Positions 39,035-52,010 of a DNA stretch of 64,000 nucleotides are shown here, piece after piece. The notes beneath the pieces are model-generated. The model was given only the letters and a program-made list of their open reading frames with translations. It did not search any database and was not told the origin of the DNA. Location: assembly GCA_964106915.2 (NCBI GenBank), contig OZ066922.1; one strand, written 5' to 3'. The position numbers were made by a program, and so were the translations under genes. Positions within the stretch are counted from its first letter, which is position 1. Each line of letters opens with the position of its first letter. The DNA comes from Podarcis gaigeae. Lineage: Eukaryota.

Positions 39035-39428
39035 CTCTCTCATAATACTAGAAATCAAGAACCATCTGAAGAAGCTGAACAGACAAAAGAAAGCAGTACT
39101 TCATGCTATACAGAGTTAAGCTATGAAATTCGCTCCCAGAAGATGTAGTGATGACCACCAAGTTGGTTGAGTTTAAATAAGGATTAGACAAATTCATGGA
39201 GAATAAAGCTTTCAATGGCTATTAGCCACAATGGCTAAGTTTTTTATCCCCACTTTTGGAGTATGTCACTGAATATCAGTTGCTGGTAATCACAAGTGGG
39301 AAGAACATTGTCATTCTTGGTTTCTCTTTGTGGGTTTCCCATAGACATCTGGTTGGCCACAGTGAGAAAAGAGAAGTGGACTAGATGGGATTGTGGCATA
39401 ATCCAGTATAGTTTGTCTTATGTTCCTA
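39035..39428 (+). mobile_element. CR1 LINE 3' end
   Basis: 'ggattagacaaattcatggag...tcaatggctattagcca...ggactagatggg...cttatgttc' is typical of a CR1 ORF2 end and 3' UTR. Confidence 0.75.
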
Positions 39429-42400
39429 AATAAAAAAACCTTTACCCTTCTATTTATCTTGGATTTCCAGAACGAAGCTTCACAGGAAGTAGGAATGAGC
39501 ATCGTTGTATCCAGCTGGTGGTTCCTTTGTCAACCAGATTACCGGTACTTGTCAGTAATCTGGGCCAGGACAGCCAGTTGATGTGTCATAGAAAGAGGTA
39601 ATGGTTAGAATATAATTGGAAATGTCTTATGCCACTTTTCTTTTTACATTCTTGAGCAAACCAGATATGATGTTAAATGTTTTTTGTTTGTTTTTTTACA
39701 TTGAATAGACATATTTTAAATACTGGAAATAGCAGCTGATTGTGTGTCTAATAAAAATTGGGATCACAGTAGGTAGGGAAGGAAAGCTTAACTTTCCTCC
39801 CCTGCTCGGATCCTGCTGAAAAATGCTTTTTTGAAGATGTTTTTTGCATTGGAAGGAAATTTTCCTTTGCAACATACAGATGCAACCCATTTTTAAACCT
39901 ATGTCATAAACCTATAAATACTTATTTCGGATTAAATCCCATTGAACAAAGAATGAATATTGATCTGTTTATTTTTTGATAATTATTAGCTACTCGTTTT
40001 TTTAATTCCTCCCTCTATATTTGCATACAATCTGGAGAGGATGAACATTTCCATTGTCTCAAAAATGACAGATTTTAGATAATGGGGATAGCTCATTTTG
40101 AAAACAGAAATCACAGATTCATAGTCTTTCTGCGTATAATTTCCACCAGGACTGGATTTAATAAGTAAACATTTAATAAGTTTATTGGGTAATAAACATG
40201 TAACATGTTTGTTTCTGTTACATTAAGGCTGGTAAAAATGCAATTCGCTTCTTAATATTTGAAAAGCGTTTTGAAAACCACATTTATACTACTAAGATGT
40301 CAATCACTTCTTAATTTATCCTGAGCAGAAATGTATGTGTAAATGACCATATATAAACATACAAATGTTCTTTAAAAATGTTCCTTACAGCATAAAACTG
40401 CCCACTGTTCTTTTCCTATTATTTCAAGATTATCCATAGAAACATCTTTTAGGAGGAAAAATAAATCAAAATTAAATTTATTTTGCAGGTTGGCTGCAAG
40501 TGATTTCTAAAACAAGATGAAATCCAGTGATAGTAAGCATATTAAATGCTGCCCAGTCAAAAAAAGAAAACCAATATCATACAGTGGAAGGGTTTTTTTA
40601 TTATTCTAATAATATACAAGTCAGACATTTCATTTTGAAGAAACCTCTCTTTGGGTTGCCGTATATTTTGATTAAATAAATTGGCAAGGAAGTATGTATA
40701 ATCGTATACAAAGTAGCTTAAGGGATAAGGCACAAAAGGAGCAGTCGTACTTTTCACCTGGGAGCAGTGGAGTTGCAAGGAGCACTTCACAGCAGGCAAA
40801 ACGGTTTCATTCCATGTTTTGCTTGTTCCAAACTGGAACAGCAGAAACTCTCAGATCAGTCCCATTGCTGGTAGCTGGGCCAGTTTATGATCCAGTGGAT
40901 CCTTGGCTCATAGCTGTCAACTTACAGATGTGAAAATAAAGGACCAGCAGCCTTGAAAATAAGGGATCAGAAGCCAAAATAAGGGATTTTCTGGGCACAG
41001 GTATGTTCAACTTCTGAGCCCCTCTGAGCCAAAGGCAGAAAGCCCAGCCAGTAGCCAAATGAAACCTCATCAATAAGGGACAGCAGCGGGACATGGCGCT
41101 GGGATAAGGGACTGTCCCGCCAAATAAGGGACACTTCACAGCTATGCCTTGGCTGCACCAGTTCCACTCATTCCTCACCCAAGAAATGCTCCATTTGGGG
41201 TGCTTCCCTTGGGCACTAGGGGAAGGAAACCACTGGTGGTAGCTTTCATCCACCTGTGCTTTCTGCATGTACAGCATGGACCTTTACCATGGTTGAGGCT
41301 GCCCCCCACAATGCCCTGTCAGAGCTCAGTAGAGCAGCCAACCCCCCTTTCAGCATGGCAGCATTGTTCTGTGAACTTTCACTCACAGACATGAATCTTT
41401 CTGGTACTGCCTGGAGCCCTAATCAGTTTGGCTCTGACTCTGATGCTAGCAAACATTTCTTGAAAGAAATACAAGAAATACACCACAAATCTTGGGACTG
41501 TTTTGATATCTAAATGAAACTGGAGTCAAGTCAATTCCTCTTTAATAAAAGCTGAAGTAGCTGAAGGTGAGAGAATGCACCTCTCCCAGAATTTTATTTT
41601 GATGCTAAACTTGGCTAGATATGGCTTTTTCTGAGCCACATTTTCGTATCATATGTAGCTTTTGTTCTTCTGTAATAATTTAATGTTTATTGTGATGGGC
41701 ACGACACAGAAGAAGTTACATAATATACTGTAGCCCCATTAAAATCAATTATTTCAGATTTCTTTTAATGAGACTTTAATATATTTGATCATTTTTTTTT
41801 TCTGGGTTGCACCCAAAATGTTCTTTAGGCTAAATCAGTTATCTCGGAGAATGAAATAATATATGGGACTACATTGAACATGTATGGCGGGAAAATCACT
41901 ATGCTGATTAATTATGCTATATACTAATTTGACTTTTAAAAAATCTAGTGCATTGCATAGCATCACTTTTTTAAAAAGAAAGAAAGTGCATGAAAATGAT
42001 AGTGATACGTGATGATAACTTGCTTTTGTAAGTAATGTGGGGGAAAGGCATGTCACCTTTGAAAACAAATAAAGAATGCTTTATGAAGATCGCTTATTGC
42101 TGGGCTGCTGAGTGACCTAAGATAAGGAGAAAACAAACCTCTTTCACAGGGTTGCTGTGATTAACGAAAGGTCCACCAGTTGGCAGCCTATCATCAATGG
42201 AAGCTGGCTTAATTCAAATAACCCTCTTGCTATTAGTACATTTTCTGTCTTGGTGGCTGGCACATTACTGAAGTGTGTGAGTGTGTTTACACATACACAC
42301 TCTCACACACACTGACTGTAGGCTTGAAATTTTCACCGCAGTAATAACAAGTGTACCAGTCCCTGTGGCAGGCATCAGATGGGCTGCTGCCAGGTCTTTG

Positions 42401-43249
42401 AACTACAAAAATAAATACAGAATAGAACAGCATTGTAGTGGCCAAGCCTGAGGCCTAGTCATCTGTCTTATAGCATGCTCTGGTAAGAGTGTTTGGCTTG
42501 GACTTTTTCCATCACATGTGGTAGCTGTGAGAGTCGAAAGGTGGGAGGGAGGGAGGAGGCAGGAGAGAACAATGTTAAGACAGTGCATTTTAAAGTGTGT
42601 TGCCTTTACAACCCTCAGGAAACACAATTCTCACAGGAGCCATAGCGCAGAAACTTCTTTTGTTGTACCTCTGCGTGTGCAAATGTATAGATCAGTTTGT
42701 GACATTCCCCCCTCCTCTTCCTCCCCGGTTCTGAAAGATTATGATGAACTGGTACGCATACTTGCACACTGTAACATGTGGTTATAGCTAGGCCAGGATT
42801 TGTGATGAGTTGTGTGTGCACAGTCTTCCTGGTAATTTTAACATTCTTGACTTATGGGGCTCTTTTCAGTGGAAAAGCTCAAAACCAGAGAATGTGGAAT
42901 GAGGGGTAGCTGGATGTTTGTTAGTTTTGGCTGAAACATATTCCCCTTCTCTTTCCTTCTGTGGACAGTATAGAACAAATTGAAGTGATATAGGGCCCTC
43001 TTTTCCTTTCTTTATATGTTTCTAATAAAAAAAGATCTCTCCCCAATCCCCTCTTATTTATATAATGCATGTGATTTCCCTCCTCCACAACACAGATAAT
43101 GTATGTGGAAAAAATATACCATAGTCATCAGCTGGCTGCCATGGTGAGAAAGCCCACCATTTTGCGCTGATGAATTTTCTTCTATTAGAGATTGCGTGGA
43201 GCAGCAGAAAAGTAATTTTTTTCAACACAGCAAAAAATATTTCTGCTAT

Positions 43250-43567
43250 AAAGGTAAAGGGTAAAGGGACCCCTGACCATTAGGTCCAGTTGTGGCCAAC
43301 TCTGGGGTTGCGGTGCTCATCTCGCTTTATTGGCCAAGGGAGCCGGCGTACAGCTTCCGGGTTATGTGGCCAGCATGACTAAGCTGCTTCTGGCGAACCA
43401 GAGCAGCACATGGAAACGCTGTTTACCTTCCTGCCAGAGCGGTACCTATTTATCTACTTGCACTTTGATGAGCAGGGACCAAGCAATGGGAGCTCACCCC
43501 ATCGCGGGGATTCGAACCGCCAACCTTCTGATCAGCAAGTCCTAGGCTCTGTGGTTTAACCGACAGC
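43250..43567 (-). mobile_element. Sauria SINE with internal deletion
   Basis: (AAAGGT)n reverse tail, reverse B-box GGATTCGAACC and a Sauria body. Confidence 0.9.
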
Positions 43568-43589
43568 TACATAATAACGAATATACATT

Positions 43590-44190
43590 GATTGTTCTGT
43601 TCTCACAGTGGCCAACCAGATGCCTGTGGGAGCCTGCGAGCAGCAGTCTGCCCAGCTGCTGATCCCAGCAATTGGTATCCAGAAGCATAATGTGTCATGT
43701 GCCAAGAGTCAGTTTCACCTGCTGAACAGCAGCCTGAAGGGGGAGAAGGTGAGTGTCTCCACCTGCAGCTGATCAGCCTTCAAGGACTCAGAGGAGAAGG
43801 CACTGATGAGAACCAGCTGGCTTCAGCCTTCTTAAGCAGAGCTTCCAGCAGCAGGCAAATGCTGGTGACAATACTTGTAGTTCCTGGCCCTACCTTGCTG
43901 CTTCCTGCTTGTCTTGACCCCATGGCCATTGGGTTCCCTGGACAATCTGACCCCACGGATTGCTGTTTGCTGGACCCTAGGACTAGACCTGATTTTGGAC
44001 CTGGACTCTGCTTCCAGGCAAGTACACCTCAGAGACTCTTCTGGTTGGCTGGGCTATTATTCCACGTTGTTGCTCGGCAATGAGACTATGACGTAATGTC
44101 TCTGACAGTGGAGGTATAACATAGTATCATGGCTAGTAGTCGTGCTCTCCATGAATTTGTCTTATCTTCTTTAAAGCCATTTAAGTGACA
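43590..44190 (-). mobile_element. CR1 3' UTR fragment, interrupted by a solo LTR
   Basis: 'ttctcacagtggccaaccagatgcctgtggg' and 'ctccatgaatttgtc' are the reverse complement of the 39035-39428 motifs. Confidence 0.7.
43693..44093. mobile_element. Solo LTR (Gypsy/ERV-like), 401 bp
   Basis: Termini TGTCAT...ATGACG (CA mutated to CG). Exact 5-bp TSD TAATG at 43688-43692 and 44094-44098. The host CR1 rejoins cleanly when the insert is removed. Confidence 0.75.
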
Positions 44191-44361
44191 CTCCTATTTT
44201 GGAAGGTTTATGGGTATTGCTGAACAGCTGCAGCACTGTTTGCAACTCTAGCCATGTCTATTAAGAAGTAATACCAATTGTATTCAATGGGGTTTATTCC
44301 CAGGTAAATAGGGTTAGTATTCCAGCTGAGTAAGGAGGAAACAAAGCTTGGGGAAGGTTCT

Positions 44362-44605
44362 TTTAAAATATTTATTATTAATAATTTCAACATATTTTAT
44401 TATTAAAAAAACATATCATCCTTAAATCCCCCTATTTCCCCCTCCCCCTCCCCCAAAACATAACCCCTCCCCCAGACTTCCCTCAGCTCCTCTTCCTAGT
44501 TTATCAACATATGTTATTTTCTGCATGTTACAAAACTGTACAGATCCTTAATTTATCTATCTAAATGTTATCAACAAGAAGTTTGTGAATGTTTATTCAA
44601 AAAAA
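44362..44605 (-). mobile_element. L1/Tx1-like LINE 3' end
   Basis: Exact 15-bp TSD CTTGGGGAAGGTTCT at 44347-44361 and 44606-44620. The minus strand has a G-rich tract, AATAAA and an A-rich end. Confidence 0.7.
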
Positions 44606-44865
44606 CTTGGGGAAGGTTCTGATGCTTTCCTAACTACACAACAGTCAGTCTGTTTGCAACATTTTCCCCCTCTGAAAGACCTGTTTACATGTCCCAGAAG
44701 AAAATAGCATTGCTGTAGTAAAAATAAAACATGATGGCAGATAATTTATATTTACAAATAATTTTGTAGAGGCCTGTCGGGAAGGAACAAAGGAATTGTG
44801 ATGGGAACAAATACAACCCTTTCTTTAACAAATACATGTTGGAATAGAAACTGGCAAAATGTAAC

Positions 44866-45256
44866 ATTGCTACTCGGAGTAGACCTGTTAAATTGGTTCT
44901 TCCGAGTGAGACCAGGTTGCGCTCAGGCCGCCAGGCCCCACCCCCACCCCTGCCTTAGCGTGGTGTGGGATAGCGTCCCGCGTCAAGCCATTTGCCAGGC
45001 GGCCAATCAGGGCTCTGCCGGGGAACATTTAAACCCACAGCACAACAGGAACCTGGGGGGAGATTGAGTTGATCCACATCGGTGGGGATCCCCATACTGG
45101 TGGTTTACGTTTCTAGACTTCCTGCAAGGTTGGCAGGAGTCAGATATAGTCTGTTGATGCCAATGCCTAAGCTCACATTCTGTTACCAATAAAGTTGTGG
45201 CCTAAATATTGCCCATTAACATTTACCTAAATGTGTCCTTGTGTCTTTATTCTCCT
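44866..45256 (+). mobile_element. LTR-like or tyrosine-recombinase (DIRS/Ngaro-like) terminal repeat fragment
   Basis: GC/CpG-rich island with ordered CCAAT (45003), TATA-like ATTTAAA (~45027) and AATAAA (45188). No TSD was found and the family is uncertain. Confidence 0.4.
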
Positions 45257-45389
45257 GGGGTGTCTTGGGTGTCTTGAAGCACAAGTAGACTTAAGTAACC
45301 TAAATCAATTGATCTATTATGAGTATGATTTTAGTTATTTGCTGCATTTATTTTCCCTCTTTAATTCCAAAGAACACAAGATGACAAAC

Positions 45390-45555
45390 ATGGTTCTTCT
45401 CCCTCCCCATCCAATCCACACTACGATTCTGTGAATTAGATTCGTTTGAGAGGCAGGGATTGGACCAAGGTCACCCTGTGTTCATCATGACTAAGTGATT
45501 ATTTTTATGCTGGTTTCCCAAGCCCTAGTCAGACAATGTAACTTTAACCACCCCA
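45390..45555 (-). mobile_element. MIR/CORE-like SINE, old
   Basis: Reverse core 'ccaaggtcacc'. A similar copy lies at 63810-63950. Confidence 0.5.
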
Positions 45556-46213
45556 CACTTTAATTGGATATCCTATATTGCGAGAATGTAATGTTTCTGG
45601 ACACTTTTCTGAGCCATGTGGTGATACCAACAGGCCTATATTAGCTTCTTTTCTTTTTACCTTTTCTTTTTAAAAAGATCTTATTCCCTGTAAAATTCTA
45701 TTGATTTCAGGTCATTGATGCTTATTTGGGACTTGGACCAAACTATTCTGGTTTTAATTTAACATTGTTTGACGTTGCATTCCCCACCCCCACTACAATC
45801 ATTTGCATGTTTAAAATTCCATCACGTAAGGAGAATTTAAATTACCTCCATGGATCTTTCCCCTACATTTTCATTAATGCATAAGGAATTAAGTATGTGC
45901 CAAAGGGTAGAGGAAATTTATTCTCTGTGTTGCTAAGTTCTTTTTCCCTTGCTTCTCCAGGGCAACACTCTTAATTAACTCTCTTTTAGGTGCAGCGAGG
46001 TCAATGAAACTATCACTGCATGTTGTGTAACATTATTATTACTATAAATAAATAAATAAATAAATGTATATTGCCCTTCATCTGAAGATCACAGAGTAGT
46101 TCACAACATAAAAGTACAAAATAGAATACAACTGAGCTAAAAACCATCTTTCCTAATTTTGTTTTTCTTAAGCTCTGCTAATGCATGCTATATCTACTCA
46201 CTATACTAATGTA

Positions 46214-46458
46214 CAGTGATACATTGGGCTACAGACGCTTCAGGTTGCGTTTTTTTTTGGTTGCGGACCGCCAAAACCCGGAAGTACCGGAACTGGTTAT
46301 TTCTGGGTTTTGGTGGTCGTGCATGTACAGAAGTGCTAAATAACACTTTGCGCATGCGCAGAAGCAGCAAATTGCAACCCGTGCGTGTGCAGTTGTGCCG
46401 CTGCGGGTTGCGAATATGCATTCCGCACAGATCACGTTCGCAACCCGAGCGTCCACTG
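46214..46458. mobile_element. Tc1/mariner-pogo MITE
   Basis: TA|CAGTGA...TCCACTG|TA with GGTTGCG/CGCAACC subterminal repeats. Related to 36090-36349 in opposite orientation. Confidence 0.8.
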
Positions 46459-46831
46459 TATCGTTTATGAGGGTCAATATTTGTTAATTTAGCCCAGTGA
46501 ACAACTGGAACTCCTGGCCCATACTCACATGAGCTTAAAGTTACCCATATGGAGGAGATTCATTGTACATGGGCAATTATTCAGTGGTATCTCTTAGGCT
46601 TTGTCTTTTTTAAAAAAAATTATGAAAATTCACCAGCATTTTAGAGCAAATTTCTTCTAATAAACATATTTTATACGTGGTTTTTATCAATGTACACATT
46701 TTTGCAAGAATTTTTCCCAAATTCAATCTTTTTTCCATGTTATATTTGATAATAGCTTCATTTTTATACACACATTTCTGTAATATATGCATTTCTGTAA
46801 ACATTGCCTGGAGAACATCATTGCAACATTT

Positions 46832-47195
46832 AAAGGTAAAGGTAAAGGTACCCCTGCCTGTATGGGCCAGTCTTGCCAGACTCTGGGGTTGTGCGCCCAT
46901 CTCACTCAAGAGGCCAGGGGCCAGCGCTGTCCGAAGACACTTCCGGGTCACGTGGCCAGCGTGACATCACTGCTCTGGCGAGCCAGAGCTGCACACGGAA
47001 ACGCCGTTTACCTTCCCGCTAGAAAGCGGTCCCTATTTATCTACTTGCACCCGAGGGTGCTTTCGAACTGCTAGGTTGGCAGGCACTGGGACCGAGCAAC
47101 GGGAGCGCACCCCGCTGCGGGGATTCGAACTGCCGACCTTTCGATCGGCAAGCCCTAGGCGCTGAGGCTTTTACCCACAGCGCCACCCGCGTCCC
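46832..47195 (-). mobile_element. Full-length young Sauria SINE nested in the old AGGGATG-family repeat (~46600-47320)
   Basis: Same subfamily as the 14368 copy. Exact 12-bp TSD ATTGCAACATTT at 46820-46831 and 47196-47207. Confidence 0.95.
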
Positions 47196-47341
47196 ATTGC
47201 AACATTTGGATAAGGATAATTTCGAAGGATAGCTGAGTTTATGTCTGCATTGTTTCAGAAAGTGCAATTTGGTGGATTTGGCTGCAGTGCATACTGAATC
47301 GATTTTCTCCTCCATCCCTATACGCCTAGTTATTTCCCAGC

Positions 47342-47464
47342 CAGGGCTGTAGCCAAGGAGGGAGAAGCAGGGGCGCAGCCGCCCCCTCAAATCAATACAA
47401 ACCTGAGGTTCTGCCCCCAACAAAAGCTTGCCCCCCTCCAACAAAAATCCTGGCTACTCACATG
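47342..47464. mobile_element. Short MITE with GTAGCCA/TGGCTAC inverted ends
   Basis: CAGGGCTGTAGCCA ... TGGCTACTCACATG, with GCCCCC internal repeats. Confidence 0.5.
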
Positions 47465-48532
47465 ATCTCAGTTCTGGATTTTGGAGGGTTCCTTTTCTCC
47501 TTAGAGACAAACACAGCTGTTTTTGCCTTTCAGTTGAAAGAGTACTCCACAGAGTAGATACCATCATGATCCCCAATCATCACTCAGCTCTCCCATCAGT
47601 TAAGTTTGGGACAGAGAACAGTATTTACCCACCAAACTGATGAATTGGAGAAGCAAATATGGGAAGAGGCAGCCACTAAGGAATGCATTCTTTAATTTTC
47701 TTTGTTGTTCACCCTACACACCCATTCCCAATGCGCTCCAATGACTTGGTCTAGTCAGCTTGTTTTCTTCAATACGGAAAGAATCATGTTTCAAAGAAAC
47801 AATTCCTTTTTTTTAAAAAAAAAATAGCTCACTATTTTTTGGCAATGATACCAGTAGGGAATTCTAGCTAAAATAGACCATATACTAATCTCTAAAGTAT
47901 GGTTGACTCAGGATTTTAACTGTGCCTAATAATGACAAAGCAGGAAGAAAAATGGTGAATGAGACAAGGGGAAGAATAATTTCAGCTGATTAGGCACAAA
48001 ATAGATAGTCAAAATGAAAGGGGGACCCTTTGCCAAATTAATTTGATGATAGAAGCAAAAGGAATGTTATGGGATTTATTGTCTTTTTGTTTTTTCTCAA
48101 GGTTCAGCACTTTTCTTCAGCACTGTGTATTCTCTGAAAAGAATGCCTGGCCATACAACAAAATGTCAGAGAATCCCAGAAGGTCAGCTGTAGCTTAGTA
48201 GCTATCAATATGGTGAAACTGTCATCAGACTGACAGAGAAGTGAAAAGTAATTAGATCTTGTTCCCTCCTCTCAGGGGGCATGGCCTTATCTTCATATTA
48301 ATGTCTAGGGTTCTTTTTTTAATTATTATTAACTTCAAAAGAAGCTATATCACACGCAGCTGCCATATAAAGAATCAGAACTTATCTAAAGCATGAGGAC
48401 ATTCATTAACTGGGCACCCAAATGTCTTAGATAGCTTTGATTCATATTATTTTCAACAGAAGATTAAAATTTGTATTAATCCTTTCATCCTAACCTTAAA
48501 CACATTACTTGGAAGCATGGCCCATTGACTTA

Positions 48533-48734
48533 CCATATTTTTTGCTCTATAAGACACACTTTTCCCCTCCTAAAAAGTAAGGTAAAATGTGTGCGCTTCT
48601 TATGGAGCAAATGCAGGCTGCGCAGCTATCCCAGAAGCCAGAACAGCAAGAGGGATTGAGAATTTTTTTTTTTTTTCCTCCAAAACCTAGGTGCGTCTTA
48701 TGGTCTGGTGCGTCTTATAGAGTGAAAAATATCG
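48533..48734. mobile_element. pogo-like MITE
   Basis: TA|CCATATTTTTTGCTCTATAAGACACAC ... GTGCGTCTTATAGAGTGAAAAATATCG|TA; imperfect ~27-bp TIRs. Confidence 0.8.
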
Positions 48735-51644
48735 TAAATAGCTTTTCCTCCTAGAACAAGGCAATCATTTCAATTCCAACAATTTATATTGAGTAGTTTT
48801 TGTTTGGGTAATCTTCCACTATAGAAGTGCTTGCAGGATCAATGTCATTTAGACGGATTATTAGGCCAATTGGTGTTCATGGGCTAGCCTGGAAATTCCT
48901 GTCTCGCAATCTGGCCCAATGTGTGGATGACAGATTTGCTCAGTTCCTCCTCATCCACCTAGTGTGCTCGTGCTGCCTCTACCAGCTCCACATGTGTGCG
49001 TAGGACTGAAACTTTGGAATTCAAGATTCCTAATCATGAAAGCAGCTGCTTCAGTCTTCCGCTGAGTCCCTACATCAGCTGTTAATTGGCTCCATGGAAA
49101 AATATACAAGCAATCTTTCTAAACATACCGTCTGCACCAGGTCTAAGTGGTTTAGTCCCATAGCTGGATGTGGTTTATTATAGCAGAAGCCACAACCCAG
49201 CCTTCTGTCCTGATGCTGACAGGAGAAAATTGAAAAACAAAACAAATAAATACTCTGAGAATACTGTCCGCTGTTATCTCTCAAGATGATTATTTGCTCA
49301 AGATTCCATTTTAAAAGGTGATGATAAAACTGGAGAAATGCAGCTTGAGACAACAATATTGAATGGTTTCTCAAGTTTTCAGTCATTTTGACTGAAAAAA
49401 ATGTAGCAGAAAGCACAGACTTTTCTCTATTCAAATAAACTTTTTGGTAATTCTGATTTATTTGGACTCTCCCCTCCCTTATGGACATAAGAAATAAAGC
49501 TGTATAAGCAGAAATTGCTTAATGTATTCCAGCAGCCTGATGGACCTACTTTATAGGTAGGAGATGGCAGACCTTTGCAGCTATATAATTTTAATTTTAT
49601 AAGCCAATCAATTTAATGACTACCTGTATTGTTTTAGATAATTTTTTTATGATTTAATATTGTACCTCACCCTGACAATTTAGGATATGGCAATACAGAA
49701 ATGCTTTAAATAAATAAATACAGGGGTCTCCCTGCTTCAGACATCCACCCTTGCCCTCTACCAACCATGTGCTTGAGGAACACTGGATCAAATTCCTGAA
49801 AGTGGGAGGGAGGGAGGGAGGGAGAAGGTTATAATGCCTTGAATAACCATTTTATATGAACTAGTTCAAGTCTGGTTATTATGGGTGAGCTCTTAATATT
49901 GCTGAACCCCTCTCCTAAGATTCTTTTCTCCTTCTCTGGTGTCCTGCTTCTTCTCCCAGGCCTCTGACTTCTTGCCTGACCTGTGAAGTTTTATATATAG
50001 GTTTCACTTATCAAATATAGACTGACTAGTTTTATTTTGAGAATGAAGAATATATAAACAAACCAAGCACCTCACAATGAAGACCCACCATTTACTAGGG
50101 GCAGCACACACATATGACTGCTATTAAGAAATTGACCCTTGGGAACTCAGCAACCTTTTAAAAAAATATACCTGCTCCATTGTTTGCCTCTTCTGAGCCG
50201 GGATGCTCTTGTTTGAACTGCTCTGCTGTTGCAGTGGGTGAGTACGACTCTTGCAAGTGACTCCTAAGGCAGGCACCTGCCTGGCACTGACCTTGCAAGC
50301 CTCTCTGTGACATCTGAGAGCCTGAGGGTGGCCGAAAGTGCCACAGCCCTCCAGGCTACCATTGGCACAGCTGCTCTGGTGTCACAGAGGGGCCAAGGGC
50401 CAAAGAGTGGGGAATGTAGAAACCTTAGAGCTTAGCGAGGACTCTGAGTGGCATTTGCTCAATTAAACTCCATAAGTATCACTGTATTTACACAATGAGC
50501 TTTCAAATAATACTTTGTTGGTGGAGATCAGTTGGAGCCATTCCCAGAAACAGACAGAAAACCATGTCTGTGAATGCATATAGCCCTGAACCTCAGGCTT
50601 TAGTCTCTCTATTTCCTATAATTCTCTATCAGTCCTTTCTTTGACTGCCTGAATGTCATGTGGTATTATGGGCTTATCCCTGTTTATCTGAGTATTACCT
50701 GGAGGCAGCTAGATCTAAGCCCTAAACCCCACCAAACTCTATATAAAGAGTCAGACGGGTTTTACACCAGACCACAGAAAGGAGTGGTTTTCTTTGTTGA
50801 GGGATCTAGGTTTAATGTCCAGATTATTCCCACTCTGAGATATAGAATATTTTTTATGAAGCTATTCTCCCTGGGCTGTATTACTTATAGACTAATATTG
50901 TGGGGATCAAATTGTTTCTCCACCTCCCCATTGGATAGGAATTCAGAGTGTCCTAGAATCGCTTTCATGACATGTGCTTACTTTATTGTTATATCTCATT
51001 ACATGAAGTAAATCAAGCTATACTTTAAAGGTGAATTTGCTGCACAAATAACAGCTGACACACGGCAAGTTGTTGTTTTTACAAATTCAACCAAGTGAGT
51101 TCCTGTTTCCAGGTCACTTTTTGATTCCCTCTCTTAACTCAAACATGGATAAGTGTAAACGGTACAGGAACTTTGCACTGTTCATGTGAGCAGACCACTT
51201 GCAGAAGGAGTAACGTCCAAGGGCAAGCCAGCTGCAGTAACATCTGCACCAACTTTGAATTATTGCTGTAATGTAATGTTAACGGAATAGAAGATTCATC
51301 TATCTAGAAGCCCCCCGCTGGCCTATTACACATTTTTAAGGGACAGACCCTATCACTTCCTGATCACTTTGAGAACACCCAGTATGCAATTGCCCATAGG
51401 ACACATGATTTGCAACTTATGTACAGCTGTGGCTCTCTTCCCCTGGACACTCTACAGTGAGCCTTTTTTTGAAATACTGCGAAGCCTTTATATTTGGCTC
51501 TGTTTTGGTGGCAAGTTCCAAAAAGGGCTTGTAATTCTAGCATATAATTTTATTATATGTGACTGTACTGTAACCTACATTCACTCTTGCTCTCTAACTA
51601 TGTTTGCTCAGGTCTATTGCTTCCATCACTTAAAAACTTGAAAA

Positions 51645-52010
51645 CAGGGGTGATCAAATCTGTCAATGCGAGTTTATCTCATTTCTTGTTTTTTCTAATA
51701 TTAACTTTTGTTTTCCACATTTAGAGATCACCTCCTTTTCCCTTTTTTCAAAAAAAAACCCCTCATGAAAATTTGTCAGCATTTTAGTGTAAATTTCTTC
51801 CAAAATACAGGACTGTATGCTAATATATTGGATTTTATCTTATTTTCACCAATATATGAATATATGTATACTCCTTTTTTCATGCATTACTTGGCATTGC
51901 AAAATTCAGAGAATTGTGAATTTTGGAGGATGAATTTTTTTGGTTCTCATATTTTTCTGGAAAGTGTGCATTAGGTAGGTTTATCTTTAAATGCAAAATG
52001 AATCTAGTTT
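51645..52010 (+). mobile_element. Old AGGGATG-family dispersed repeat
   Basis: Shares 'cagcattttagtgtaaatttc' and 'aaaattcagagaattgtgaatttt' with other copies. Confidence 0.5.
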
